A stretch of 64,000 bases of DNA from Candidatus Enterousia sp. GTDB taxonomy: Bacteria > Pseudomonadota > Alphaproteobacteria > Rs-D84. The DNA is taken from the NCBI GenBank assembly GCA_045593065.1, contig JAZNVZ010000007.1, forward strand, positions 89,724-153,723, read 5' to 3'. The notes under the pieces were generated by a model. It ran no database searches and was not told the origin of the DNA. It saw only the letters and a list, made by a program, of their open reading frames with translations. The translations under genes and the position numbers were made by a program. The stretch's first letter is position 1. Every line of letters starts with the position of its first letter. Of the stretch, positions 45,813 through 55,009 are shown in pieces.

Positions 45813-46042
45813 TATTTTTCCTTTTTACTTTTCACCATATAAAACCAAAATATACCGCCTAGAACCACGATTGTGATGATTAAATGCGAAATCTTAAATT
45901 CATTATCAGGGTAATCAATTATATACCACAAAAAAAACACCAGTAAAATAAAACATACAAATATTTTTAATGGTCTGCGTTTATTTACCGTTAAAAAATT
46001 AGACAACCACCGAGAAAGCCATGTTTCGTTTTGTTGTACCAT
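45812..46042 (-). CDS. small membrane protein (76 aa), hypothetical
   Basis: Two predicted TM helices; overlaps the yidC start by 1 nt. No Cys residues, so it does not match YidD. Confidence 0.35.
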   Translation of the reverse strand: MVQQNETWLSRWLSNFLTVNKRRPLKIFVCFILLVFFLWYIIDYPDNEFKISHLIITIVVLGGIFWFYMVKSKKEK

Positions 46043-46054
46043 TGTTTTTACCTT

Positions 46055-46561
46055 TTACTTTTTACGAAATATAGAATTTATTATAAACAAACCGACACCG
46101 ATTACAATAAATATATCGGCAACATTAAATGCAGGCCAATGAATATCGCCCACATGAAAATCCAAGAAATCAATTACCGCACCGAAACGAATCCTGTCGA
46201 TTAAATTACCCAATGCACCACCGATGATAAATGCCAAAGGCAGTTTTTCGTGTGTGCCTGCGCGCCTGAACATGTAATAGAATAAAAAACCAATCAATGC
46301 AGCCGTTGCCACAATAATAATCAACGGATATAATTCCCCAAACGAACGAAACAACGAAAACGAAGCCCCAGGATTCCATGTAAACACAATATTAAACCAA
46401 TTTGTTATATGCGACATAATATACGGAAACCCAACCACAGACCACGCATTTCCATAAAACGGCACACCACCCGTTATGAGATATAACAACACAGATTTTG
46501 CGATTTGGTCCAATAACACAACCCCAAAAATCACAGATAAATATTTAAGTACATTTTTCAT
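46055..46561 (-). CDS. lspA: lipoprotein signal peptidase II
   Basis: Four TM helices; NPGASFSLF; FNVADIFIVIGVGLFI. Confidence 0.85.
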   Translation of the reverse strand: MKNVLKYLSVIFGVVLLDQIAKSVLLYLITGGVPFYGNAWSVVGFPYIMSHITNWFNIVFTWNPGASFSLFRSFGELYPLIIIVATAALIGFLFYYMFRRAGTHEKLPLAFIIGGALGNLIDRIRFGAVIDFLDFHVGDIHWPAFNVADIFIVIGVGLFIINSIFRKK

Positions 46562-46730
46562 ATTTTACCTTTTACATTACGCATTGGAAATATAGCAATA
46601 TGCAACAGTAAAATCAAATGAAAATACATAGACAAAAATTATGGTGGCGGACCAACGAAGTTGGTGGGGTAATTGTGAAATGCTCTAAACTGATACTGTG
46701 TGTAATTGAATGATGAATTATAAATTAAAC

Positions 46731-47100
46731 TGCCCCGTCATACCGCCACAGTTCGTATAGTCGTCATACCGCGGTTTCGGGCCCCGCCCTGCGGCGGGGT
46801 GACGATTCTGTGGGGATTAACAGTCCCGTCATACCGCGGGCGCGCGGTATCCAGTCCGCCATAGGCGGACTTGTGTAATAAGTGAGCAAGTTGGTGCGTT
46901 GCACCAACTGGATTCCGGCATGCGCCGGAATGACGATTGTGTGGGAATTAACAGTCCCGTCATACCGCCACAGTTCGTATATCGTCATACCGCCGTAGGG
47001 CGGTATCCAGTTTTGCGGAACGCAAAACTTGTGTCATTTTGCTTTATTACACAAGTTGGCGCATTGCGCCAACTGGGCCCCGCCCTGCGGCGGGGTGACG
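46731..47100. repeat. array of hairpin-forming intergenic repeat modules (REP/RPE-like), about two composite units
   Basis: Module R1 is a GC hairpin followed by TGACGATT(c/g)TGTGGG(g/a)ATTAACAGTCCCGTCATACCGC. Copies lie at 46781-46838 and 46913-46968, with a third truncated copy at 47077-47100. Module R2 is GGTATCCAG followed by a hairpin, TTGTGT and a second hairpin. Copies lie at 46849-46915 and 46999-47075. CCCGTCATACCGCCACAGTTCGTATA is repeated at 46734 and 46955. Confidence 0.7.
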
Positions 47101-47985
47101 TTATTGCATCAATCGCATGCAATGCGTGCCATTGCCATTACAGAATTTTGTAAATGCACCTATCTTGCATTGTCTTATACTGGTTGCGCCTGGCTCGCCC
47201 TGAAAGGTTGGGTCGTGTATTGCTGTTGACTCAGGCGTAGTAACAACTGTCAGCATGCCGGCGGGACACTTGGTACAACCCGCGTAAGGATCGCCATAGG
47301 TATTTCCCTTGCACACACATTCATTATTACCCCCGACAAAGGCGTAATCCCCGCACGAGCGACAGGTAACAACACCATTGGTGCCAATGGTTTTATACCT
47401 GCCACTGGGACACCCCACTGTTGCACTGGTTGCGCCAGCATTTTCACACCCGGTCCAATCATTGCCGCATGATTGACATGTAAATGTATTGTCGATTAAA
47501 CCACCATTTGCATTGGTTGTTTTATAATACCCTGATTGACATGTACAAGCATTAATATCGGTTGCACCTTGGGCACTGGTGGAATGTTCTGGACATTCGG
47601 TACATTCGCCGGCGCCGGTGTTTGCATCATACGAACTGCGGTAATAATTCATGGTGCATACCCACGGGCAATATGATAGACCAGTGGTATTATCGTCAGC
47701 AGGGTTAAAAACAGAGTTACCAGGGTGATCGGATGCGGTTTCTGCCCACGACCAAACACTATTATCATATGAACCACATTTTAGGCAGGAGCGTGAGTCG
47801 TTACCAGGGTTGTAGTAAAACGAAGCACATTGTGTACATTCTCCACCAAACATTGAACTGGATGCATTCCACTCCCACCCCGGACATACACAATCATTTT
47901 CGGGTGTGGACGACGTACACTCTGCATTTGCCATAAATGGCATAAATACCGCAATAATTAATAAAAATTTTAGTATTTTTTTCAT
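47101..47985 (-). CDS. secreted cysteine-rich repeat protein (GCC2_GCC3 / Giardia VSP-like CxxC repeats)
   Basis: Start at MKKILKFLLIIAVFMPFMANA with a GGGGAAGGGAA RBS (the track ORF starts 23 codons upstream). About 40 Cys arranged as repeated C-x2-C...G-x-Y(Y) units: GECTQCASFYY, CLKCGSYD, GECTECPEH, CTCQSGYY, TCQSCGNDW, TCRSCGDYAF, CTKCPAGM. Confidence 0.6.
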   Translation of the reverse strand: MKKILKFLLIIAVFMPFMANAECTSSTPENDCVCPGWEWNASSSMFGGECTQCASFYYNPGNDSRSCLKCGSYDNSVWSWAETASDHPGNSVFNPADDNTTGLSYCPWVCTMNYYRSSYDANTGAGECTECPEHSTSAQGATDINACTCQSGYYKTTNANGGLIDNTFTCQSCGNDWTGCENAGATSATVGCPSGRYKTIGTNGVVTCRSCGDYAFVGGNNECVCKGNTYGDPYAGCTKCPAGMLTVVTTPESTAIHDPTFQGEPGATSIRQCKIGAFTKFCNGNGTHCMRLMQ

Positions 47986-48103
47986 TTCCCTTCCCCTTTT
48001 TGACCTTGCCAAAACTTTACACCAAAAAAAAAAAACGCAAGATTTTTGTTGCAAAAAATATATTTTATGACAAAATGCAGGTATGTATATAAAGGAGCCC
48101 TAT

Positions 48104-48535
48104 ATGAAATTAAACACAACATACAATTTAAAACGCGGTGCACTGGTTGGATTATTGGCATTATTACCATTTGCCGCATGCAAAAAAGAACCTGTGGAGC
48201 CAGAACCAACACCAACACCGGTTACGCCCGCACAACCAACCACACCAAAGGTTTACACATTTGTGTATGATGGCGATGGGATTCCTGCGGATACGGCACG
48301 TGCACATTTAGATGTAGATACATTTTATGTTGTGCCAGTGCGCTCAACTTTATTTCAAACCATATCAAGCAATGGTATACATAATGCAAGAAATCATTTG
48401 CAAAGCATTATTGACATCAATCCAAAAACACGTGGCAAAGGCGATTTGATTACAATCTATGCCAGTGTTGAAGATTCCGCGTGGTTATCACAATTTGGTT
48501 ATAATGTAAAAAGGGAATACAGCAAATCCCGCTAA
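48104..48535 (+). CDS. lipoprotein with Pro/Thr/Glu-rich linker, hypothetical
   Basis: AAAGGAG RBS; MKLNTTYNLKRGALVGLLALLPFAAC lipobox; EPVEPEPTPTPVTPAQPTTP linker. Confidence 0.55.
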   Translation: MKLNTTYNLKRGALVGLLALLPFAACKKEPVEPEPTPTPVTPAQPTTPKVYTFVYDGDGIPADTARAHLDVDTFYVVPVRSTLFQTISSNGIHNARNHLQSIIDINPKTRGKGDLITIYASVEDSAWLSQFGYNVKREYSKSR

Positions 48536-48557
48536 AAAAAATATAAACTAATAAAAA

Positions 48558-48585
48558 TGCCCCAGACGGGGCATTTTTATTTTTC
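48558..48585. terminator. bidirectional terminator between lipoprotein gene and kefB
   Basis: TGCCCC-AGAC-GGGGCA hairpin followed by TTTTTATTTTT; A-run upstream. Confidence 0.65.
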
Positions 48586-50286
48586 ACCCAATGTTATATC
48601 GGCATCTAATTTTTCATAATTATTGGCACGCATTTCGTACAATAATTTTTCTATTTTCGTGTCGGCTATGCCTAAAAATTCTAATAGACCGTATCCCAAG
48701 AAAAACGATGATTCTATCGTTTCTGGGAATGCCTGGTATACCCCAGAACGCAATAAACTTTTTGAATCTGTTAAATTACGCGCACGCGCAAATATCTTGA
48801 CACGCGGCGCAATCGCATGCGCAGACATTATCGTTTTTCGCGCGGTTTCCGTGTTATCCAACGCAATAACCACCGCACGCGTTGTACGCGCATTTAACCC
48901 AAATCCACGCAATACAGATATGTTCGACACATCACCGTATACCGCGTTAAACCCTTTTTCGCGTCCTTCCATAATTGCGGAAACATTCATGCCGATTGCA
49001 ATATATGGAATATTTTGTTCGCGCAATAATTTTGCAATAATTTGTCCAACACGACCAAATCCACAAATCACAACCACAGGCGGTTTGCCACCGTGTTTCA
49101 CAGTTAAATTTTTCGAACTGATTTGAGAAATTTTTCCCAATTTGCGCAATCTGTCGTAAACCGCCAGCATTATAGGTGTTATCATAATAGACAACACAAT
49201 TATCGCTATTAAAATTTCTTGGTCCATAACAGGAATCGCATCAATCCCATTGTTGCGCATCATTTGCAGCATCAGCAATCCAAATTCGCCACCTTGGGCC
49301 AGCAATAATGATATAAACCCAGATTCTGGGACCGCATTTTTACGCACACGCGCAATCATAAATATCGCAAAGAATTTTACCGCAATCAATAATGCAACAC
49401 CGCCCAACACCAAATACCATTTTGCATACAACATGTCTAAATTCAAACCCATCCCCAACACAATAAAGAATATCGCCAAGAACAATGTCGTATACGGACT
49501 GATTTCGGCAGAAACCTGGTGGCGATAGATTGTCTCACTCATTAACATACCTGATAAAAATCCGCCCAGTCCTGATGGCAATCCCATAAAATCAAACAGC
49601 ACCGCCCACAAAATGATGTTTAACATTATGACCAATAACATCAATTCTTTGGATTTTAATTTCGCAACCATTTTCAGCATTGGATTCATAACAAAACGAC
49701 CAAGAATCACCACACCAAAAATTAACATCACAGACAAAACCAAAACATCAATCAATGTCGCACCCAGGTTAAATGATTTGCCAGACAATACCGGCAACAT
49801 CGCCAATAACGGAATCGACAATAAATCTTGGAATAATAAAACCGAGAAAATTTGACGACCAACATTTGAATTTAATTGATTTCTGTCGCCCAGTAATTGC
49901 AAATCTGTGGATGTAGACGACATTGCCAACAGCAACGATGCCATAATTGCGCCCATAACCGTCCAACCAGTAAATTCAAACAACACAGGGAATAACATTA
50001 CCGCAACCATTAAAACCTGGGCGGCACCAAAACCAAATATCGTATTGCGCATCGCCCACAGGCGCGAAAAGTTTATTTCCAACCCTATTGTGAACCATAA
50101 AAACAATATGCCTAAATCACCCAAAATTTGCCATGTGCCGGTCAATTCAAATAAATTTAACATGTATGGACCTGATAAAATACCTGCAAATAAAAACGCC
50201 ACCAATGCGCCAATCTTGGCAGAACGCAACAAAAACACCAACCCACATGTGATTGCGAAAAATGCTAAAACTTGTAAAGATATCAT
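48577..50286 (-). CDS. kefB: CPA2 family monovalent cation:proton antiporter with C-terminal RCK/TrkA-N domain (KefB/KefC-like)
   Basis: About 12 TM helices. Rossmann motif VVICGFGRVGQIIAKLL. Confidence 0.8.
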   Translation of the reverse strand: MISLQVLAFFAITCGLVFLLRSAKIGALVAFLFAGILSGPYMLNLFELTGTWQILGDLGILFLWFTIGLEINFSRLWAMRNTIFGFGAAQVLMVAVMLFPVLFEFTGWTVMGAIMASLLLAMSSTSTDLQLLGDRNQLNSNVGRQIFSVLLFQDLLSIPLLAMLPVLSGKSFNLGATLIDVLVLSVMLIFGVVILGRFVMNPMLKMVAKLKSKELMLLVIMLNIILWAVLFDFMGLPSGLGGFLSGMLMSETIYRHQVSAEISPYTTLFLAIFFIVLGMGLNLDMLYAKWYLVLGGVALLIAVKFFAIFMIARVRKNAVPESGFISLLLAQGGEFGLLMLQMMRNNGIDAIPVMDQEILIAIIVLSIMITPIMLAVYDRLRKLGKISQISSKNLTVKHGGKPPVVVICGFGRVGQIIAKLLREQNIPYIAIGMNVSAIMEGREKGFNAVYGDVSNISVLRGFGLNARTTRAVVIALDNTETARKTIMSAHAIAPRVKIFARARNLTDSKSLLRSGVYQAFPETIESSFFLGYGLLEFLGIADTKIEKLLYEMRANNYEKLDADITLGEK

Positions 50287-50342
50287 ATCAGGTCCCCCTC
50301 TCTCCTCTGGATTACGATATCAGTATACAAAATCATAAAAAG

Positions 50343-51170
50343 TTATATCAATACTTTTTTTGCAATTTCTAAAAATTTTTCAGGCGATAAATTTTCTGCG
50401 CGTTCTGTTCCCAATAAACCAAATTGCGACCAATCAATATTAGGCATAATTCCGCGTATCATTTTGCGGCGCGTTCCAAATAATTTCGCCGTTAATTTTT
50501 CAACCCGTGTAATATCACCTAATTTTTTAATCTTGTCTTTGTTTGGAATTATTTGAACAACACTGGACATGACCTTGGGCGCAGGCGTAAATGCAGTACG
50601 CGGCACATTAAATAAAATTTTTGCATCCGCAGTCAGTTGTACCAATACCGCCAAACGACCATACGCATCGGTATTTGGGTTTGCTGTGATGCGTTCGGCA
50701 ACCTCGCGCTGGAACATTAGGGTCATCGATTTTATGGGTTCACCATTCACAATTTTGTGTATCCATTGTATCAATAATTCTGTACCGACATTGTACGGTA
50801 AATTTGAACAAATCGCATATTCATCAAAACCAAATTTAGAAAAATCTGTCTTTAACGCATCACCATACACAACCGTCAAACGCCCATTAGACGCCGCCGC
50901 AACACGCGATAAAATCGGTTCAGTTGTTTTATCCATTTCAACCGCAACAACGCGCGCGGCCCCCGCCAACAACAACGCCCGCGTCAATCCAGCCGGCCCC
51001 GGCCCAACTTCGACCACGGGGGTTTTTGTTATGTTTGGAACAGCGCGTGCAATACGACCTGTTAAATTCAAATCAAACAAAAAATTTTGCCCAAATTGTT
51101 TTTTCGCAATCATAGAACATTCGCGCATCATTTGTGCAACTGGTGGTAAATTTGCAATTTCGTCTGTCAT
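50343..51170 (-). CDS. rsmA: 16S rRNA (adenine1518-N6/adenine1519-N6)-dimethyltransferase RsmA/KsgA
   Basis: QNFLFDLNLTGRIA; VVEVGPGPAGLT SAM motif; NLPYNVGT. Confidence 0.85.
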   Translation of the reverse strand: MTDEIANLPPVAQMMRECSMIAKKQFGQNFLFDLNLTGRIARAVPNITKTPVVEVGPGPAGLTRALLLAGAARVVAVEMDKTTEPILSRVAAASNGRLTVVYGDALKTDFSKFGFDEYAICSNLPYNVGTELLIQWIHKIVNGEPIKSMTLMFQREVAERITANPNTDAYGRLAVLVQLTADAKILFNVPRTAFTPAPKVMSSVVQIIPNKDKIKKLGDITRVEKLTAKLFGTRRKMIRGIMPNIDWSQFGLLGTERAENLSPEKFLEIAKKVLI

Positions 51171-51760
51171 AGTTTTTTACGCCCCCCGAATGCCAATGTC
51201 AATGTTCCATCATCTATGTAATCCAGTTCGCCACCCAATGGCACACCAGATGCCAGTTCTGTAAATGTAATATTTTTATCGTTCCCCAACGATGCCATTA
51301 TATAATTCGCAGTGGTTTTACCTTCAATCGTGTTAGGCAATGCAAATATAACCTCTGTTATTTTTTCGTTTTCAATTCGCCCAGGTAAATTTTTAACATT
51401 TAAATCCCCAGGCGTTATACCATTTACCCCAGACAACACACCACCAATTATATGATAAGAACCGTGAAACACACCAGATTTTTCAAATGTCCACACATCC
51501 GCCATATCGCGCACAATACACAATGTCCCATTTTTACGCGATGTATCCCGACAAAATTCACAAATTTCACCGTCTGTTAAAACACCACAATTTGGACATG
51601 GATGAATTTCATCTGCAACCTGATTCAGTGTTTCGGCTAATTGGGTCGCGCGCCCTGATTTATCCGCCAACAACGCCAGCACTATACGCGTTGCCGCACG
51701 ATTTCCAACACGTGGCAATCGTGCAAATTGTTTAATCAACTTTTCAATTTTTGGGTTCAT
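51167..51760 (-). CDS. recR: recombination protein RecR
   Basis: HhH motif LPRVGNRAATR; C4 zinc finger CPNCGVLTDGEICEFC; Toprim domain. Confidence 0.85.
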   Translation of the reverse strand: MNPKIEKLIKQFARLPRVGNRAATRIVLALLADKSGRATQLAETLNQVADEIHPCPNCGVLTDGEICEFCRDTSRKNGTLCIVRDMADVWTFEKSGVFHGSYHIIGGVLSGVNGITPGDLNVKNLPGRIENEKITEVIFALPNTIEGKTTANYIMASLGNDKNITFTELASGVPLGGELDYIDDGTLTLAFGGRKKL

Positions 51761-51781
51761 CAACCACACCCCATATTTTAT

Positions 51782-52942
51782 TTAATGAAATACAAAACTG
51801 TCAATCCCGGCATTCGTGGCCGCATTGCGCAATTTTTGCGCCGCAGTTTCCGCAATATTATTCACACGCACACGAAATAGACCGCCGGATGCCGTCTCGA
51901 TTGTTGCGGATACACCCAATGCCTGTTCCACATTTTTAACCTGGCGCATTGCCGCATCACGCGATGAAAATGCACCAAATTGAACCCCGGACATACCGCT
52001 TGCTAAATTATTATTTTTTGGTTTATCTGTTGTATATTTTGCCATTGGGTTATTTTCATTTATTGGTTTTGTCGCATATGTTGGTGCGTATGTTTGATTT
52101 GTTGTCGCCGCAGATGTTGGATTATGCACAACCACAGGTTCTGCACCATTTTCCAACATTTTGAATCCACGATTTAATAAACTGGTCGCAACAGTTGAAC
52201 GCACATCTTTGTTTTCTGCACCCAACACAACCGCAATCAAATGACGACCGCCCCGCGATGCCGTTGCCACCAAAGAATATTTTGATTTGTTTGTAAATCC
52301 TGTTTTCATGCCATCGCACCCATCATATGATGTCAGCAATCGATTTCCATTGGTATATGTTTGACCATTATAGTTCCAACTTTTAATACCAAAATATTTC
52401 CAATATTGTGGAAAATGTTTATATACCGCAACCGACAATAACGCAATATCACGCGCAGTCGATAAATGGTCATCATCCGGCAGACCAGACGAATTTTCAA
52501 AATTTGTTTGTTCCAATCCAATTTCCGTTGCAACCTGGGTCATGAGTGATGCAAAATTCCCTTCTTTGCCACCTTTTAAATTTTCAGCCAACACACGCGC
52601 AACATCATTCGCACTGTGCACCGCAACGGCCTTAATCGCATCTTCGACCTTGATTTTAGACCCGGCCGGCAGTCCCAATTTTACAGGTTCTGCATTTGCC
52701 GCCGCATTTGACACAATCAAATAATCATCCAAATGTAAACGCCCGTGTTCCAACGCATTAAATGTCAAATACAATGTCATGATTTTTGTTAAACTGGCCG
52801 GGTAATTTGGAACATTTGCATTTTCAGAATACAAAACACGACCAGAATCCATATCTGCAACCAATGCCGCACGATATGGCGCCGCATGCGCAAATCCGCA
52901 CATGAACAAAATCGGCAAAACAAGTAGGATTTTTCTCATCAT
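51782..52942 (-). CDS. dacA: D-alanyl-D-alanine carboxypeptidase (PBP5/6 family) with C-terminal SPOR domain
   Basis: Signal peptide MMRKILLVLPILFMCGFAHA; SLTK, SAN and KTG motifs; C-terminal GVQFGAFSSRDAAMRQ...FRVRVNNI SPOR-like domain. Confidence 0.75.
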   Translation of the reverse strand: MMRKILLVLPILFMCGFAHAAPYRAALVADMDSGRVLYSENANVPNYPASLTKIMTLYLTFNALEHGRLHLDDYLIVSNAAANAEPVKLGLPAGSKIKVEDAIKAVAVHSANDVARVLAENLKGGKEGNFASLMTQVATEIGLEQTNFENSSGLPDDDHLSTARDIALLSVAVYKHFPQYWKYFGIKSWNYNGQTYTNGNRLLTSYDGCDGMKTGFTNKSKYSLVATASRGGRHLIAVVLGAENKDVRSTVATSLLNRGFKMLENGAEPVVVHNPTSAATTNQTYAPTYATKPINENNPMAKYTTDKPKNNNLASGMSGVQFGAFSSRDAAMRQVKNVEQALGVSATIETASGGLFRVRVNNIAETAAQKLRNAATNAGIDSFVFH

Positions 52943-52985
52943 GATATTCATGTTAGTAAAAATTATTGCCATCGGTCAATTAATT

Positions 52986-54353
52986 TTATAAACCACGCAA
53001 ACTGATATTGCCGTCATCAACGACAACCACATTCCCAATGCGGATACCAAAAGATTTTGCCGCGGCAACATTGTCCCGGCGACCAAAAATTTCTTCATCA
53101 AATATTGTAAACACGCCACGATTTATACACAACTGATTTGCAACCGTTTCATCATTACACACTGCAACAATAGGCATATCTGGGCGGCGACAAGATATTT
53201 CAGTCGTGGCAACACCGTCCCTGTCGAATACGATAATCGCAGACGCATTATTCAAATGCGCCATAGATGCCACCGAACGCGACCAATTATTTTCTGGCAA
53301 ATGTTCTAATCGTCCCCAATCATTTGGATTTGCAATACCGTCAGCATCAGCATAAGATAAAATACGAGCCATCGTTTCAACCGCATGCACAGGATTTATA
53401 CCTATTGTGGTTTCTTCACTGGTCATTGCGGAATCTGCGCGCAAATATGCCGAATTTGCAACATCACTGATTTCTGCGCGGGTGGGGAATTCGCCATCCA
53501 CCAAAGAAGCCAACATTTGCGTTGCAACAATCACAGGTTTGTTCATTTGACGACATACGCGAATAATATGTCGCGAAATCGCCGGCACTTGTTCAAATGG
53601 CATTTCCACCGCCAAATCACCACGCGCAATCATTATCCCGTCTGCGGCAGATACGATATTATCAATATCGTGTACAGCGTGTGGACGTTCTATTTTCGCA
53701 ATAATTTTGATTTTATGTGCCGTACGCGCAGTTATAAAATCACGAACATATGCAATATCATCTGCACTCTGCACAAAAGATACCGCGACAAAATCTGGAT
53801 TTTTCGTAATTGCGTATTCTAAATCTGCACGGTCTTTATCAGTCAAAACATCCGTATCAACGAAAGTATCAGGCAAGTTAAATCCACGGCGCGACCATAT
53901 TTCATTTCCACGAACAACTGTGGCGATGATTTTTGTGGATTCTGCCCTGTCAACACGCATTTCGATTTTGCCGTCATTTAATAAAATCCTGTCGCCAGCA
54001 TGCAGAGACGCAATCACATCAGGATGTGGCAAACACACGCGCGAAGAATCACCAGGGGTTTCATCGCTGTCGAATACGAACCTTTGCCCGATGGTCAGTT
54101 TATATTTATCTGGGGTTGCAAAATTGCCAATGCGATGTTTGGGGCCTTGTAAATCAACCATTACCGCCACAGGCATTTTTAATTCACGCGCAACATCACG
54201 AATCGTATCAATCTTTTTACCCTGGGTGCTGCCTGTATCATGACTGAAATTTATGCGAAAAACATTTACGCCTGCACGCACCATTTTTGTTAAAATCGTG
54301 CGGCTTTCCGATTTAGGACCAACAGATGCTGTAATTTTCGTGTATTTGTGCAT
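52986..54353 (-). CDS. pyk: pyruvate kinase
   Basis: MHKYTKITASVGPKSESRTILTKMVRAGVNVFRINFSHD; MVARGDLAVE-type motif (MIARGDLAVE). Confidence 0.85.
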   Translation of the reverse strand: MHKYTKITASVGPKSESRTILTKMVRAGVNVFRINFSHDTGSTQGKKIDTIRDVARELKMPVAVMVDLQGPKHRIGNFATPDKYKLTIGQRFVFDSDETPGDSSRVCLPHPDVIASLHAGDRILLNDGKIEMRVDRAESTKIIATVVRGNEIWSRRGFNLPDTFVDTDVLTDKDRADLEYAITKNPDFVAVSFVQSADDIAYVRDFITARTAHKIKIIAKIERPHAVHDIDNIVSAADGIMIARGDLAVEMPFEQVPAISRHIIRVCRQMNKPVIVATQMLASLVDGEFPTRAEISDVANSAYLRADSAMTSEETTIGINPVHAVETMARILSYADADGIANPNDWGRLEHLPENNWSRSVASMAHLNNASAIIVFDRDGVATTEISCRRPDMPIVAVCNDETVANQLCINRGVFTIFDEEIFGRRDNVAAAKSFGIRIGNVVVVDDGNISLRGL

Positions 54354-54427
54354 TAAAATCTCTCCCCTTGATTTTTGTCATAAATAATATATTATATTAT
54401 TACAAATTAAACAAGGGGAAAACAAAC

Positions 54428-54676
54428 ATGAAAAATGCAAACCATGGCGCATTGGATAATCAACAATTATTGTCTATTATTGAACGCATTGAAAAATTAA
54501 ATGAAGATGCTGCAAATATCGCGGCTGATGTCAAAGAAATTTATAGCGAGGCAAAATCTGCCGGATATGACCCAAAATACATTCGCCAAATGATTCGTTT
54601 GCGAAAATTAGACCCAGATGAATTAGACGAAGCAGACGAACTGACCAAAATGTATCGTGATGCGTTGGGTATTTAA
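54428..54676 (+). CDS. gapR: DUF2312 / GapR-like nucleoid-associated protein
   Basis: LLSIIERIEKLNEDAANIAADVKEIYSEAKSAGYDPKYIRQMIRLRKLDPDELDEADELTKMYRDALGI matches the alphaproteobacterial DUF2312 pattern. Start at MKNANHG with a GGGG RBS. Confidence 0.7.
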   Translation: MKNANHGALDNQQLLSIIERIEKLNEDAANIAADVKEIYSEAKSAGYDPKYIRQMIRLRKLDPDELDEADELTKMYRDALGI

Positions 54677-54679
54677 TTT

Positions 54680-54997
54680 ATGAAACGGTTTACAAAATGT
54701 ATCCAAGATTTTAACTGCGCCCATTGTGGCGCACATGTTCAGGGCAATGGATATACCAACCATTGCCCTGAATGTTTGTGGTCCAAACATGTTGACAACA
54801 ATCCTGGCGACAGGCAAAGTGATTGTGGCGGCATGATGGAACCAATATCTGTTGAACAATCTGGGGGCAAATGGATTGTTGTGCATAAATGTGTCAAATG
54901 CGGCAAAATAATTCGGCAAAAGACCGCGGAAAATGACAATATTGATGCAATTATTGCCCTGGGGACGAATCCTGATTTTATATTCGGCAAACAATAA
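54680..54997 (+). CDS. RNHCP domain-containing protein
   Basis: FNCAHCG...TNHCPECLWSKH...CVKCG: the RNHCP zinc-ribbon signature. Confidence 0.6.
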   Translation: MKRFTKCIQDFNCAHCGAHVQGNGYTNHCPECLWSKHVDNNPGDRQSDCGGMMEPISVEQSGGKWIVVHKCVKCGKIIRQKTAENDNIDAIIALGTNPDFIFGKQ

Positions 54998-55009
54998 AAA
55001 TATATTTGC

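Noticed and set aside
45812-46042. Calling the 76-aa gene upstream of yidC as YidD
   Set aside because: YidD proteins carry conserved Cys residues and a characteristic basic N-terminus. This protein has no cysteines and two TM helices, so it is left as a hypothetical small membrane protein.
46731-47100. Possible CRISPR array, given regularly spaced GC-rich repeats
   Set aside because: The repeats are not identical direct repeats separated by unique spacers. They form composite palindromic modules of different kinds, with no cas genes nearby. A REP/RPE-like element is a better fit.
46764-47153. ORFs 46764..46988(-) and 46899..47153(+), 74-84 aa, lying inside the intergenic repeat array
   Set aside because: Their composition is driven by the GC-rich palindromic repeats (Pro/Arg/Gly-rich). 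The two overlap each other on opposite strands and have no RBS. They are better explained as repeat elements than as genes.
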